A stretch of 64,000 bases of DNA from Leidyana gryllorum EB-2025a. Its lineage: Eukaryota > Protista > Apicomplexa. The translations under genes were made by a program, and so were the position numbers. The stretch spans positions 186,001-250,000 of the forward strand of contig JBLWGC010000173.1 of NCBI GenBank assembly GCA_048772705.1, written 5' to 3'. This document shows, one piece after another, positions 1-15,344 of this stretch (positions are counted from its first letter, which is position 1; each line of letters starts with the position of its first letter). The notes beneath the pieces were generated by a model that saw only the letters and a program-made list of their open reading frames with translations, made no database searches and was not told the DNA's origin.

Positions 1-29
1 ATCTGCTGAACCTCCTTCTATTACCCCTA

Positions 30-392
30 TTGTACGTGCTGGCTGATAGCACTGAACGAGAACCACCGTACCGAGTCAACCCACTGCAGCATTTTCTAGC
101 CCGAGACCGGAACCTCGCTCCTGCTTCATCAAGTCGGAACGATTTTGACCCTTTCCAGCCGCCAGAGCTCGAAGGCGCGAGACAGAAATTGACCAGCGGC
201 TCAGACTCCGATGAGGAGGGCCCAGACTTTTGGGACGTAGTCGCCTGGTTAGGAACGCAGTTAGGCAAGGCCATTAGAGTGTTGTTCAACGGCCTCTGCC
301 GACTCGCCAAAGCCGTCTATGTGGGCGTCGTCTACGGCTGGCACGAAGCGGGAGACTCCGCTGCAGAAGCCGCCAAGACACTCCGCCTCTGA
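30..392 (+). CDS. 3' part of a hypothetical protein (probably begins upstream of the window)
   Basis: Open frame from the window edge with an acidic patch and an amphipathic C-terminal helix; converges on the lectin gene; no family motif recognised. Confidence 0.4.
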   Translation: MYVLADSTEREPPYRVNPLQHFLARDRNLAPASSSRNDFDPFQPPELEGARQKLTSGSDSDEEGPDFWDVVAWLGTQLGKAIRVLFNGLCRLAKAVYVGVVYGWHEAGDSAAEAAKTLRL

Positions 393-505
393 TGAGCTTT
401 GTTCATGCATATGACAAAGAGGTGCAGCAGGTCCCACCACGACCGCCAACCGAATCGCACACCCAAAAAGCCACCGTTCAATCGATAATTGCAAACAAGA
501 GATCT

Positions 506-2328
506 TCACAGAATGTGCTTCTTCTCCATGTCCTTCATCCGCTTGAAGAGGCAGAACCCAATCCCCAGGAACTGACCATAGTAGATAATCGATATCACAC
601 CATCGGCTTTAAAAACGAAAACACTCACCAGTGCGCCCAATGCAAGCATTAGATGAAGAGCCCGTCTTTCGGACTGCAGAACGCTGGAGTGTAACTCGGC
701 AGCACTCTGCTTTAATTCTTCGACATTATGATCGGCCAACTTGCCGTGTCTGCCATAGCACACACGTGTGTGTCATTCTGTGGAGACACTCGAGACTTAC
801 AATTCTTCCAGTTTGTCAGAGTTGTCTTTGCTAGACTTGAAGACAAGACTCTGGATTTGGTCGAGCGCCTCTCGTAGTCTTTCTTCGTTAGCTCCACGTG
901 TCAAATAAGTGTGCAACACGTCCAGCCGATCAGTCAAGACTCTGTTGTGCTGTTGCAAGCGACTGATCTCTGCCAACAAGTGATCTTGTCGGGGAATCAT
1001 ATGCTTCAACATGGCCTCGGAGAGAATGCGAATCTGAGTGTTCGGCTCAAGAGTGTCGTCATACACGATGTGCTCCAAAATTGACTGCGCAGGATTGAAA
1101 GTGGCAGCTTTCTGCAATTTGGCCGGGTGTCATCTTTAGGGTCTTTTCGCTTGTTTGGCTTACCCAATACAGATCCTCGCTAGTGACTTCAAAACGGTTC
1201 ACCAATATGCGATCACCGTAGTTGGTGCCACTTTGAATCTGAGTACACACGAATTTCGAGTGATGAGTGCGGGGAGTGAGGTTGCTCACCGAAGTTTCTC
1301 CCTTGGCGATGCGGGTGTTGGATGCTGTGATACCCAGGAATGCAGGTTGCGGCAGAGTGCGGTTTTCGTCGAGTTTGATCTGAAAATATTCGGTGTACAG
1401 CCAGTCAGCCAGTGACGTTCCTGGATGCTTACGTGGTAGGCAAGTCGCCACTCCTTGTCAGCTGGGGATTTAACGGATGCCTTGACGAATTCCGGAGTAA
1501 CTACAATATGAACTTGCATGGCTCCACGACCATTCCGGTAATTATAATAGATTCCATCAGAGGAAGGGACCTCCTTCGTAATGTCAAGAGAGCGTGTTCC
1601 GTTGTTAACGGCGGCGGAAATACTGGGCCGCACGTTGTTTGCGCGGTCGTTGGTGGAGAAGAACATGCCTAAGCCGGTATACCACGGCTTGTAATTGAAT
1701 AAGTTCCAGACGTCACCATGGGGGGGACGAAGGAACACACCGTAGTCTCGTTCGTCGACGAGCCATAGGGCGAAGCCATCACTGGTTCGGGCCTCAGGCG
1801 GTCCACGCACGTCAATGTCCATGTCAATTTCAAAAGTATCGCTGTGAATGGGAAGGTGATGCCACGCGGAGCCCTGATGCCCTGTCTGCTCGTCAATCAA
1901 AAGGAGTCCAGCGGGGGTGAACTGCGAACTACCTCCCAAGACCCAGTTGGAGAGGTGCGCATCTGCACACAAGGCCGTGCGTGACCACCTATGTTGCGAG
2001 TACTCACTTGTTCGGATAGGGTCGGAGAAGGAGTAGACCGGTGCCTCGTACTTCTGTGTGAAGAAATGAATGTTGGAGCAGAGTTGGTCGAGGCCGAGCG
2101 CGCACACAGATGGGGGGTGTCTGCCTGTGTGTGTTTGTGTTAGGGGCTCACCTTTGGGTTGACATTAGTGGGTTGCACGGCTGCAGGAGCGACTGGTGGT
2201 TGTGGATGGGGTGGCTGCGGTTGTTGATTGGCGCCAGCTAGTTGAGTGATGGGAACCTGGGCAACAGCTTGGGATACGTCGCTGGCCATAGCCGCCGAGA
2301 GAATGAGGCCAGCAATGGTGGACCGCAT
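506..2328 (-). CDS. ERGIC-53/Emp47/VIP36-like L-type lectin cargo receptor (multi-exon)
   Basis: Signal peptide MRSTIAGLILSAAMA, legume-lectin motifs (SDGFALW, GLGMFFSTN, YNYRN, FLGITAS), coiled-coil stalk, C-terminal TM and dilysine tail KKHIL; exons joined by GT-AG introns. Confidence 0.85.
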
Positions 2329-2503
2329 CCTGGTGGGTTTTATATGTAAACTAGAGAGTGGGGTACCGGAAGGATGGAACCTTTTTGCAGCCTTCCCACC
2401 CAAATCAGAGATTAAACCCCACACACACCAGCTGTCTCTGACTGTTCTGCCAAACACTGGAGAGACTGAACTGATGATTGACTAACAGTGCTGAACTCGA
2501 TTC

Positions 2504-3460
2504 CTAAGCTGTAGCACTGGTTTCCTCGCTCGCCTTGTCACACATCATGCCTTTGGCGCACTGCGGCTGGGCCAAAGGACGGCCAATGGCGAATGTGGCA
2601 GTAAGGGAATAGTGAAAGTCCACTGGTTTGCCTTGATAAGTTGGGCCGGCAGAGTCACCCTTGGCAGAGACTGCCATTCTCTCCAATACGGGAGACACAA
2701 AAGTATCGCGATTCTCTTCGACTTTCAGCACCGGGCCGAGCGATCGTCCGTAGGAGGCGAGGATCTGCTCGGCTTTGCGCTGGGTGTCCATGACGGCGAG
2801 TTCGCGGGCTTTCTCCAGAGCCGACTGAGGGTCTTTGACTTGAAGATCGATGTTGCGTACGTCCGTTAAATCGTCAAACTCCAAGAGTTTGTCTACCAGT
2901 GTATCCAGATGTTCCAAATCCCATATTGAGAATCGCAGTTCCTGGCTCGCCTCATACCCTTCTAACTGACGCGTTCCGTCAGAGTTCCATTTGTAGTTCT
3001 TGTTGACTCGATATCTCTCTGGTTTGATACTCAGGACCTGTTCACCGAGTCCTAATGCATTTTGCACTCGGCCCAACTTGTCATGTAGCATATCCTTCGC
3101 CGTCAAGGGGCGGTCTGCTACTTGAGATACACTCACAGACACAACCGCAGAGTCAGGGTGAGCTGTCACAGCCCCCTCTCCAGTGACTGTCACTGTCCGG
3201 GGTGGACCGGGAGGTCCCATTGGGTGGGGCCCAAACGGGGGACGGTGGCCCTCGTGATCGAACATGTCGTGGAAGTGGTGGTGTCGATGAGGCGGGAGGC
3301 CTTTGGGGCCTCCTCCTTCATGATGGTGCCACCAGTGATCGGCCTCGCCGTCCTCAAAACGTCCGGGGTGCGGGTGAGCCTCCTGTGAGGGCTGAAGATT
3401 GTTGTCCTGCTGGGCCGCAATAGCGAGCCCGACGAGAATGAAATGGTGACACAACTTCAT
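2504..3460 (-). CDS. Secreted SIMPL/DUF541 (BP26-like) protein with His/Pro-rich N-terminus
   Basis: Signal peptide; RTVTVTGEGAVTAHPDSAVVSVSV, GYEASQEL, ARELAVMDTQRKAEQIL..GRSLGPVLKVEE match the SIMPL domain; intronless. Confidence 0.8.
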   Translation of the reverse strand: MKLCHHFILVGLAIAAQQDNNLQPSQEAHPHPGRFEDGEADHWWHHHEGGGPKGLPPHRHHHFHDMFDHEGHRPPFGPHPMGPPGPPRTVTVTGEGAVTAHPDSAVVSVSVSQVADRPLTAKDMLHDKLGRVQNALGLGEQVLSIKPERYRVNKNYKWNSDGTRQLEGYEASQELRFSIWDLEHLDTLVDKLLEFDDLTDVRNIDLQVKDPQSALEKARELAVMDTQRKAEQILASYGRSLGPVLKVEENRDTFVSPVLERMAVSAKGDSAGPTYQGKPVDFHYSLTATFAIGRPLAQPQCAKGMMCDKASEETSATA

Positions 3461-3629
3461 GTCTGTGGACGGTATGTATTTTAGCGGGTTAGGGGGGGGT
3501 GATCACAACTTTGACGTAGCAGCGCAATCTTATGACGGATGAGACTCGCTTCATTGTCGTCGGTCTGTCCCTATACTGCGTGGTCTAACTGTGCGCTCGC
3601 TATGTGTGGAACTCGGCTGCTGGCAGCAT

Positions 3630-6496
<2,867 letters not shown>

Positions 6497-6612
6497 CTAC
6501 ACAAGAATCTAGTCACATCCTGGGCTCCCACACAAAAAGTACTGGTGCCAAACCCGCCACCCCTTTGCCAGCGTCAAGTGTCGACTTTCTGCTTTATAGT
6601 TCCTCTTTCAGT

Positions 6613-8112
6613 TCATGCGTTAAGGCGTCTAACAGCCATTGGAAAATCAAATATGTGCTTAGGATCATACAGATTGGCGACTTGCTTCAAATGGTCGAGA
6701 TTGGTCCCATGGTACGCCCATCCAGCCTTCTTTAATCGTGGATCTATGAGATTAATATAACTGCCATTCCCAACATATGGCTCAACTGCCGCCGTCCAGG
6801 TGTCTTCGAGCCATGCCACCTGTTCCTCGGTCAGTGTCGAGTTAGATTGGATCGTCAATTCCACCAGCAGCGAGATATTGCGATTATAAATGGCAGACGG
6901 AAAGATATCTGTCTCTGTCTGCATCGCGCCTCCCACCAGTTCAAAGTTCGCAACGACCATTGTGTCCTCAGGTACATTCTCGGGCGCCATGGCTAACAGC
7001 AATGCACTCCCTATCTTGTCGTTAAATGGAACTCCACTCGGCAAAAAGGCCGTCTTAACGAAAGCGTTGGTCGCCTCTTCTTGATAAGTGGGTTGAAAGT
7101 CAAAGTCCAGTAAGGAGTCGTTGCTGGACGCATAGAGGGGTGAAGTTATCTCTTTCCAGACATTGTACACGGTATCTTCCGTGACCTGCACGGTGTGAGA
7201 GGGTAGAATGGCAGCAAAGTCACTGGTGTACTTCTCAAGCTCATCGCCGGAACACAGACAGGCAATGTTGGCAATCAAACCCGTGGAGGTGACCGCTAAG
7301 TAACCACCCACGCTGTCAGGCTGCTTCATAGACAGCTCGGCGAACGCTGGCAAGATCTCTGCGAGCTGATCAGTCGGGAGCACACAAGCGCGGAGTGAAG
7401 CTCGCTGAGTAGCATCATGAGTTCTGAAACCGTACTCCGTGGCAACGGCATAGTTTCCACCACCTCCTCCCCTCATTGCCCAGAATAGATCGCTGTAGCG
7501 AGTGGGAGAAGCTTCAACGACGGTACCATCAGCCAAGACCGCCTGAATCGAGATAATATCGTCTGAAGCATATCCATATTTCCGAGAGAATACTCCTTGA
7601 CCTCCACCGAGTATGTAACCACCAATTCCAACAGTCGGCCCCGAAGCTGGTAGGATGAACACATCAGCTTGGGCCACTAGTTGCTCCATCACTCGACCGA
7701 CTCTGTTTCCGGCCCCAACATAAGCATTTTTGGTGGTGTTGTCAATCTCAATCTGATTGAGCCAAGCTATATCCAGAAGCATTCCGTAGTTTTGTCCACG
7801 ACTGAATCCACCATATGAGTGGCCCCCGCTTCTCGCAGTTGTGACCACTCCATATTCGTTAGCACACGCGAGTGCACGGGAGACACCGGTCACATTGACA
7901 GGGCGCCAGTAGATGATTGGAGCTGATTCATACTCGCGATTGAAGACGTGGGTGTAGTTCGAGAATTCCTCTTGCCAGTACCAGGTGGCAAAGCCTAGAG
8001 GAGCGGCTATGGTATCTAGACAGGCTTTGAAGTTCAGCAAGTCATGGGTCCATTGTTGGGGTTGAGCGGTGACAGTGGAGAGGATTAATAAACCGAGTAT
8101 GAGAGGTAGCAT
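6613..8112 (-). CDS. Secreted FAD-linked oxidoreductase, berberine-bridge-enzyme-like (VAO/PCMH family)
   Basis: Signal peptide, ARSGGHSY FAD-attachment motif, VGIGGYILGGGQG..SRKYG, DLFWAMRGGGGGNY, C-terminal YINLID..YHGTNLDHLKQVANLYDPKHIF; intronless. Confidence 0.9.
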   Translation of the reverse strand: MLPLILGLLILSTVTAQPQQWTHDLLNFKACLDTIAAPLGFATWYWQEEFSNYTHVFNREYESAPIIYWRPVNVTGVSRALACANEYGVVTTARSGGHSYGGFSRGQNYGMLLDIAWLNQIEIDNTTKNAYVGAGNRVGRVMEQLVAQADVFILPASGPTVGIGGYILGGGQGVFSRKYGYASDDIISIQAVLADGTVVEASPTRYSDLFWAMRGGGGGNYAVATEYGFRTHDATQRASLRACVLPTDQLAEILPAFAELSMKQPDSVGGYLAVTSTGLIANIACLCSGDELEKYTSDFAAILPSHTVQVTEDTVYNVWKEITSPLYASSNDSLLDFDFQPTYQEEATNAFVKTAFLPSGVPFNDKIGSALLLAMAPENVPEDTMVVANFELVGGAMQTETDIFPSAIYNRNISLLVELTIQSNSTLTEEQVAWLEDTWTAAVEPYVGNGSYINLIDPRLKKAGWAYHGTNLDHLKQVANLYDPKHIFDFPMAVRRLNA

Positions 8113-8132
8113 ACTATCTAAATGATGAAGTT

Positions 8133-9764
8133 TTATCCGCCTTTGTTTGTGATTAGCTCTTGTACTGCGTCGTCTGCTGACTGCGGCTGCTGTGCCTGGA
8201 TTTGTGGTTGGGGTTCCTCCATTTGCTGATGCTGCTCTGTTGTGGTAAGTCCCCCTTCTGCGGCAGCCGTACTTCCTGCAGTAGGCTGTGGCTGCTGCTG
8301 TTGCTCATCGGTTGACGTTTGAGTATCAACAGTGCACAGACTGTTGTTTCGAAAGGTTCCGGTGAAAGCATTGTATCGACTATGCAGCGTTTCCGTACTC
8401 CTTTCTTTGGGATGCACGTAATTACATTGCCAGTTTAGGCAATTAACACCTGCGGGTGGACGGATTGTTGCGGTACAGTCCTTGGAGGCGAGCCACCTAC
8501 CGTATTTGCACGGAACCTCTGGATGAATATAGAAACACTCCATGCCATAAGGGCATCGGGGCCAGTTCATGCACTGCATGGGGAATTGAAAGATGGAGGT
8601 CGGTTACGGATCCACACACACTTACCATTTCTGATGGGTGTATATAACGGCAGTCGTCACCGAAAGGGCACTGTGGGTATCGGGCACACCTTTTCTTGAT
8701 CTGCAGTTCGATGTTTACGGGAGGTCGAATAGTCAGTTTGCTTCTCACCTTGCGCGGAGGCACGTTAATGCCCATCTCCGTAGCCTGGTTGATTGGCACG
8801 GGGACCAATTGCATCGCCACACCTGTGGCTGGGTCAACATATACCGACTGGGGCTTTCCTGGAAAGCCTTCAGGTGTGGTGCCTTGGGGCGGTCTAATGC
8901 CTCCGGCGTAAGCTGCAGGAGGAGGCGGCGGTGGATAGGGTTGTTGTGGCGATGGCGCGGGGTTGCCGGAGTAGGCAGCTGTTGTTTGCGACGGAGACTG
9001 CCGTTGCTCCGCATCGGCTGCATTCGCGGACCCGCCTTCCAAAGACTCCTCCAAGCGCTGCCTACGTCCGCGCTGGGGCTCGTAAGTTCGTACCGGACGC
9101 GAGGCGTCCAGATAACGCCCTCCGCCGTAGGGTGAAGCTCTCCGTCTTCCTCCGCGAGGCGGTGTAGGTTTGGACGCCTCTTCAGCTGTGCTCTGTAGTA
9201 GTGGCTGGGGTGACAACCGCCTTCCTTCGTACCGTACCCTCCGGGGCGCGGCTTCATTGGGCGGAGGCGCCTGAGACGGCTCTCCTGATGTTGCCTGACG
9301 CACAGCCATATTCAGTATGCGTCTGGACCCCACAGGGTCAGTACTCGAAATCTGCTGAGCCTCTGCCATGTCTCCACCAGAGGGCGCAGGTTTGGAAGGT
9401 CTACTGGTGTCCTCCATTCGCGGAGTTTCTTGCTCAGGCAACTCTCGATTTATTATAGGGCCAACCGTTTCGATGAGCCATTCAACAAATGTCTCAGTCT
9501 GCAGTGTTTTAGATAGTCAGACCGGCAGCGCGTACTTTCCCTCACCTCCTGTCCCAGGAACTCCTGTAACTCTCCACAAACATGGTCACGTGTGGTTCGG
9601 GGCCGTGTTATCATATGCCAAATATATTCAGTCAGGATCTCTACTCCTTCTTCCCCCAGCATTGACGCCAGCCGCTCGGTTATAGCGGCCTGACATCTTC
9701 GACTTGTTTCGTCTGACAAAGCAGGATTCTGCTGATTGGTCAAAGCATCAGGTGCTTCGGACAT
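8133..9764 (-). CDS. Nab2/ZC3H14-like poly(A)-RNA-binding protein (PWI-like N-terminus, tandem CCCH zinc fingers)
   Basis: N-terminal LTEYIWHMI..ELQEFLG; C-terminal CARYPQCPFGDDCRYIHP, CMNWPRCPYGMECFYIHP, PCKYG..CLNWQCNYVHP; GT-AG introns. Confidence 0.8.
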
Positions 9765-9910
9765 CAGGCACCACAAACGGCCAAAATTTACGACAACCAC
9801 TCATCGCAACATAGTACTCTTTTCCTGGTCCCCTTGGGTATGACCAAGAGGAAAAGGCACACGCGTGTGTTCTACGCGATCAGCGCTTTGATACAATTCA
9901 GATCAACAGA

Positions 9911-10483
9911 ATGCGTTTCCTAACTGTGTTTTGCCTCGTCCTTTCGGTTGCTGAGGGTCGCAAACATGCACGACGGGCCCCAGTAGAGCCCGCGGACCCT
10001 CTTGTTCTCCGCATCCCCAGCCCTTATCAGAGGGTTGCCAAGCGCCGTCAGCTGGAGGAAGCACCTCCTCTGCCTTATCCTCCCGCCACTCTCTTCGGTC
10101 AAGCCAACGGCGAGAGAGCCGCTCGCTCCAGCGCATTCGCTCATTCCATTGCCAACGGCGAAATCTCGACTTTTATTCCTCCGGAATTGATGACCGAATG
10201 GCTCGCCAAGAGGACTGGCGGCTACGCCGGCGGTGGGGTGCAGTTCTCAGTGCAACCGTCCGGCATCGCTAGTAGAGCCCCTCAGCGCTACGAGCTTCCC
10301 CAGCGCTATGAACCCGCCCAGCGCTATGAAGTTCCTCGGCTGCGTGCGTTCACCGCTGATCACGATGAGATGGCCTGGACGCCTGCCGCCCCTCGTCGGG
10401 TGGACAACATTGTTTTACAACACATGTTGGGTGCTATCCGCGAAGGTGATTTCTCGGAGCTTCTGGTGGATGAGAGCCAATGA
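9911..10483 (+). CDS. Hypothetical secreted protein
   Basis: 190-aa ORF with a clear signal peptide MRFLTVFCLVLSVAEG and a 3x QRYE repeat. Confidence 0.6.
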   Translation: MRFLTVFCLVLSVAEGRKHARRAPVEPADPLVLRIPSPYQRVAKRRQLEEAPPLPYPPATLFGQANGERAARSSAFAHSIANGEISTFIPPELMTEWLAKRTGGYAGGGVQFSVQPSGIASRAPQRYELPQRYEPAQRYEVPRLRAFTADHDEMAWTPAAPRRVDNIVLQHMLGAIREGDFSELLVDESQ

Positions 10484-10599
10484 GCTTCATGCCACGCGAG
10501 ATCGTTTGTCCTCACAGGTTAATTTTTAGTTGGACATATGTGTATACAATATTATTAAAGCGTGTAATGAGTGGGTGTCCCAAGCTTCCCGATCGATCC

Positions 10600-11034
10600 T
10601 CATAGAGCCACAGCGGCTCCATCAGCGCCCTCTTCCTGATTCCCAGCATTGCCCAATCCTCCTTCTTCGCCTGCCCCAACCTCTTCTTGGTCTGGAGTGG
10701 AGAAGAGGCGAGGTATGCCGCCTACTCCTGGGAGAGTCGGCAACATCGGCAGGCCGGGCAAAGGTAAGGAGGGCAGAGAGCTGGCTGGTGGGAGCAGTTT
10801 AGCGATAGTTTCGAGGAAACCTCCGCCCCCGCCTTCAGTATTGATGAATCTGCGCCCAAACATAAGTTGGGAAAAGTCATTGAGAAGACTGAAGAAGAGT
10901 GGTTCTGAGGTCGTTGTCGTGAACATCATTGGCGGTGGGGTGAGAGGTGAAAATGATGGTCGAGCGGCAATATTGGGTGTACCCGAACATTGGCTCAAGA
11001 ACACCAATATACTTGAAACCAGAAAGTGTGTCAT
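10600..11034 (-). CDS. Hypothetical small secreted Pro/Gly-rich protein
   Basis: Internal ATG gives signal-peptide-like MTHFLVSSILVFLSQCSG followed by low-complexity sequence. Confidence 0.45.
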   Translation of the reverse strand: MTHFLVSSILVFLSQCSGTPNIAARPSFSPLTPPPMMFTTTTSEPLFFSLLNDFSQLMFGRRFINTEGGGGGFLETIAKLLPPASSLPSLPLPGLPMLPTLPGVGGIPRLFSTPDQEEVGAGEEGGLGNAGNQEEGADGAAVAL

Positions 11035-11204
11035 GCCAGTTGGAATGAGGGGGGAATTAGATGAGCGATGGTTAGTGGTTCTTCGGCTGATGTCAAGACC
11101 GGTAGCAATGACAGCAGAGTCGTCAGCGTTAAGACGAATAGATCCATTCCAATGTGGAACGCTAACCGGTTTCTTGACCGGTCTGTGTGTGGGACACACA
11201 ACTT

Positions 11205-14200
11205 TCACCAGTCGTCGAGTGTTAATCGAGCAATGGTATTATTCGCCATATCATTGACTTCCTTCTTAATCTTCGTTCTTCTGTAAAATATGGGACAATC
11301 TCGACTCGTACAGATGACATCCTGATGTAAGGACTCCTGGCATCTTTGACACTGCACCCACAGCTGGTGGAACTCCTTTTCGTGGGCTTTGAACTCCGCC
11401 ATCTTTTGTAATGTCACTTCTCTCTCTTTGTCCTTCGCACAGTGCTCACAGAACGCCCCAGCCTTTATCACTCCGCGGCATCCAAGACATCTCAACTTGG
11501 CTGTCACAAACTTTGACAGCGCTCCTGTGGTCGAAGTCACAACTTTCCGTTGTCGTGTGTGCTCTCCCGAGAATAAACTATCTATATTGCCCTTCTCAAT
11601 GGGCTCGAAGATCCTAAACAGCATGAGTCACACCTCCTGCGCTCAGTACACAAGAGTTACCGTTGCAGTGGATTCTTGATACTATCTAGGTAGAAATCCA
11701 CGTCGATTGGAATATTGTTCTCGAGGGCATAGAGGGGGTCCTCAGCTCTCTCATACTGCGCTTGACCCCGAGCTCCCGCAACAATCACATAGTAAACTCT
11801 GTCTCCGATCTGTGGGGCCGTCGCCGGATCTGCACACACACACACACACACACACACTCAGTTACCCAACACAACACACCCACCTCTTTTGCGCAGCTTC
11901 TTCACCAACTCCACATGGGCCAGCTTGGCTGCATAGTCCTCTTTGCCCAGACTCTTGGATAAGACTAAATACGACATATCAATCTTATTCATCAACAGGT
12001 CTTGGATCCTCTGTTTGGTCATTGCTCGAGCCCCTGCCACATCCCGTCTGACCAACAATGCTTTCAACGCGTCGTCCACCATCGTTTGGACCAAAAGACA
12101 AAAGTCTCTTCTCACAGTCTGATATTGACACCAACAGCGATAAACCCAACACCAAACACCGCATCTCCTCTCACCTCTATCCCTTTACAATCAATCTTGG
12201 CGTACTTTTCGGGATTGGTCCACATCAGCGCCGCGTACCGCTTCTTATTCATCAACAGGAATGGGAAGTAAACCTTCTCGAACTCCAAAGCAATGGGTTT
12301 GTGAAACTTATCCGACACAAACGCCGCCGCCTCTTTACCCAATGCCATTGTCTCCCCGACGTCTGTTGTCCCAAACTTCACCATGACACTATCGGTATCA
12401 CCATACACAACGACTGCGTCATGTTCGTAGCCGTTCTCTTTCCGGTAACGCTCTTCCACTTGCTGTCGCAGCGTCATCTCACCCTCACCACACAAAACTC
12501 ACATTCTTAGTGAAGTCAATCATGGATCGGCCATAGGCAGTGATCGACTCTGAGACTGCCAGACACGGAAGCTGACCTGTCGCTGCCGCTCCGGTGTATC
12601 CGTACACACTGTTTGCCGAGATTTTCAACGCCAGCTGACGCCCATCCAGCACCATTTTCAGTAACGGATCCTTGGCTTGACCCATCTCCTTCTTCGCCTT
12701 CTTTCTGGCAGCCAAGAGGTCGGCCAGAACGATGGGCAACACTCCCTTCCGAATGTGTGGCTTCACAAAGGTTTTGTGAGCCGGCGTACGGAATACGTCC
12801 TCTTCGGTCAATCCGGCAGCCGCAATGTTGTTGTCAGGTACCAACGTCGTATAACACAGATTGTGAGCAATCATGATAGAAGGATACAAACTGGCAAAAT
12901 CCAGAGTTGCAATCGGAATGTCATAGTAATCTTTCATTGGCTCCAACACTGTGGCTCCCTCGTATGCCACATCACGCGTGTCGCCTCCCTGAACTCGCAG
13001 AGCCGGCATAAAGTACTTTAGATCCCGACACTTTCGGACCAGCTGACTCTGTACTTTGATCTGTTGCCCTCGCGTCAGCAGTAACGGCATCGGAACGCCC
13101 GTAACTCTGGCCATTTCAATGTAGTTGAACAAGAAACACAGCGCCTCAATGATTCGGATCACCAGCCAACTATCCTTCAGACAGTAAACCGCAATGCGCT
13201 TCCGTGTCTCGGCATTGCCTCGCTGCAAGTCACCAATCTGTGAGTAGTGCACGTCTTCTTTCGTTTCCTTCAAAAAGTGACTCGCCACAGCATTCAAACT
13301 GTACGATTTAAGCTTGTAGTCTCGACGCACCATCTCCAGAGCGTCGAACTGAACCCGGCCCTCAATGTCTACAATTCGAGAACCTCATTACGGGAGTACC
13401 CCCATTGTGTTGGCTCACTGATGTCTTTGTTCTCATGTGTGCCGAGCGCTCTGGTTGACAGTGTGGCGTCGCGAATTCGTGTCTCTACATTGATGATCCT
13501 CCCCAGATTCCGGAAATTGGGAATGTCCAACACTTGCGATCGTACAACCAAATAGTTCAGGTCAAAGTTGATGAAATTATATCCCGTCAAGATATCAGGG
13601 TCTGTGAAGATTACCAGTTCCCTCCAAGCACTCAACATAGCGCGCTCGTCCGCAAATGACAGGACAGTTGCTCCCGCGATCGACGCACACGTGTCCAAGG
13701 TATAGACAAGTTTCGCAATGGGTTGTTCGCGACCCGGTGTCGTCAATATACTCGATATTTGGATGATAGGATCCTTTTCGGGGACCGGAAATCCCTCAGA
13801 TGCAACCGTAACGCATTCGATATCTGCGCGAACGGGAGACACACGTTGTCAGCACACACTCGAACATAGGACAATCCCTTACCCAATGCTAGAACACGCA
13901 GGTTTCGCGGGATCGCTGCGTACTCATCAATACACTCAATCGCGCTAACGTCCGACCAGTATACGTCGAGTTCCAACTGGCATCTTGTAGCGCGATGAAG
14001 ATCGTTCACACTACTCGTAGCTTGCACGGGAACTATTAACCACAATGATTGCGGGCGCTACAGCAGATCCGGAGACTTACTCCGGAGACATCCGCACCCA
14101 ACGACCTGAGTGTCAATCATCCAACGGAGAGGGTAAGAAAGATTAGCCTCGTAGGGTTGGGTGGGGACGGCATATCCATCAACATTAATGCCGTTTTCAA

Positions 14201-14923
14201 TGGCTGTGCGTACAGTGGGCACGAGGCGTGCACTTGCTACGGCGATCTTGAAGAACTTTTGGGGTTTGTCTCGTCTGAATTCCATGAGACCCTCGCCATC
14301 GACTAGTTCAACGCTAATGAGCTTCTTGGGTGTGTCCTTGCTGAAACTCAAGTTGCTTTCCAGATAGTTCTGCAGCTTCTGACAGCAGTTGGGCACTTTT
14401 TCGAAGCCGATTGGGCATTCAGCGAGCAGATAAGGGAAGAAGCCCCATATTCTGAGAGCCACAGATGTCCCGTGTGTGAGACTGATGCCGAAGACCTGCA
14501 AGTGGGGTAGTAGAGGACAGCGAGTGACATATGGTTGCTCACTTGGATCACTGGGATGACTTGGTTCAAGACGAGATTACTTTTCGTTCTGAACCAGGAG
14601 GGTTGGTGATCGGGAGGACAGAGAGGGTCAACGACATCAACGACGAAGAGTTCGAGGAGTTGTTCGTTGGCTGGTGGAGGCGGGCGAGTCCACTGGCGAT
14701 AAGTTTGGCGTAGTTGAGCGATTTGACCTGAATCATAGAAGGAAGCTGGAGGGGCGTCAGACTGTTGTTTGGAAGCCTTTTTGCGGCCTGCGACGGAGGA
14801 AGAAGCTTTGAGGAACGGTGCGACAGCGTCGGGATGTGGTTTGAAGTCTATATCAGGATGAACATGAGCTATTGTTGTAGGTTTGACATATTGGGTGGTG
14901 GTGTGATAGGTGGCTGACTCCAT
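11205..14923 (-). CDS. POLD1: DNA polymerase delta catalytic subunit (multi-exon)
   Basis: Exo [72 protein letters not shown]-terminal CysA/CysB ([15 protein letters not shown]); start approximate. Confidence 0.97.
11833..11858. repeat. (CA)n microsatellite in a POLD1 intron
   Basis: cacaca run seen directly. Confidence 0.9.
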
Positions 14924-15344
14924 ATGCAATTATTTGTATATTAAGTTGCTCTTAGAGCGGGGTGATACAACGTTGATGAAAAAGATGTCCAGTGCCCTGA
15001 TTTGAGCTGCTATGTTCGGCCCCATATCCTATTTGATGGCGGGTGTGTAGGGTGTGTGGAGGAGAGGGTTGCGACTCGTCAGACGGCGGAGCATTCATTG
15101 TCCTATCGACGAACACACTCGCCAACACACATCACAGAACCTCCGCTCCAGATTGAGCCGGTACCTTTGAAAGGGGAGAAACGATGTGGGCGCCGCGGTT
15201 CCCTTATTTGCCGGCCAGATCGCTGGTTTCCGCAAATCCAACACAGCAATGATCGCAGAGTGTCGACCGATCCCGCCAGGAGGGCGGTAACCCTCAAAAC
15301 GATCGAAACTATTGGAAGCTGTCTCACATCCAATGCGTGTTAGA

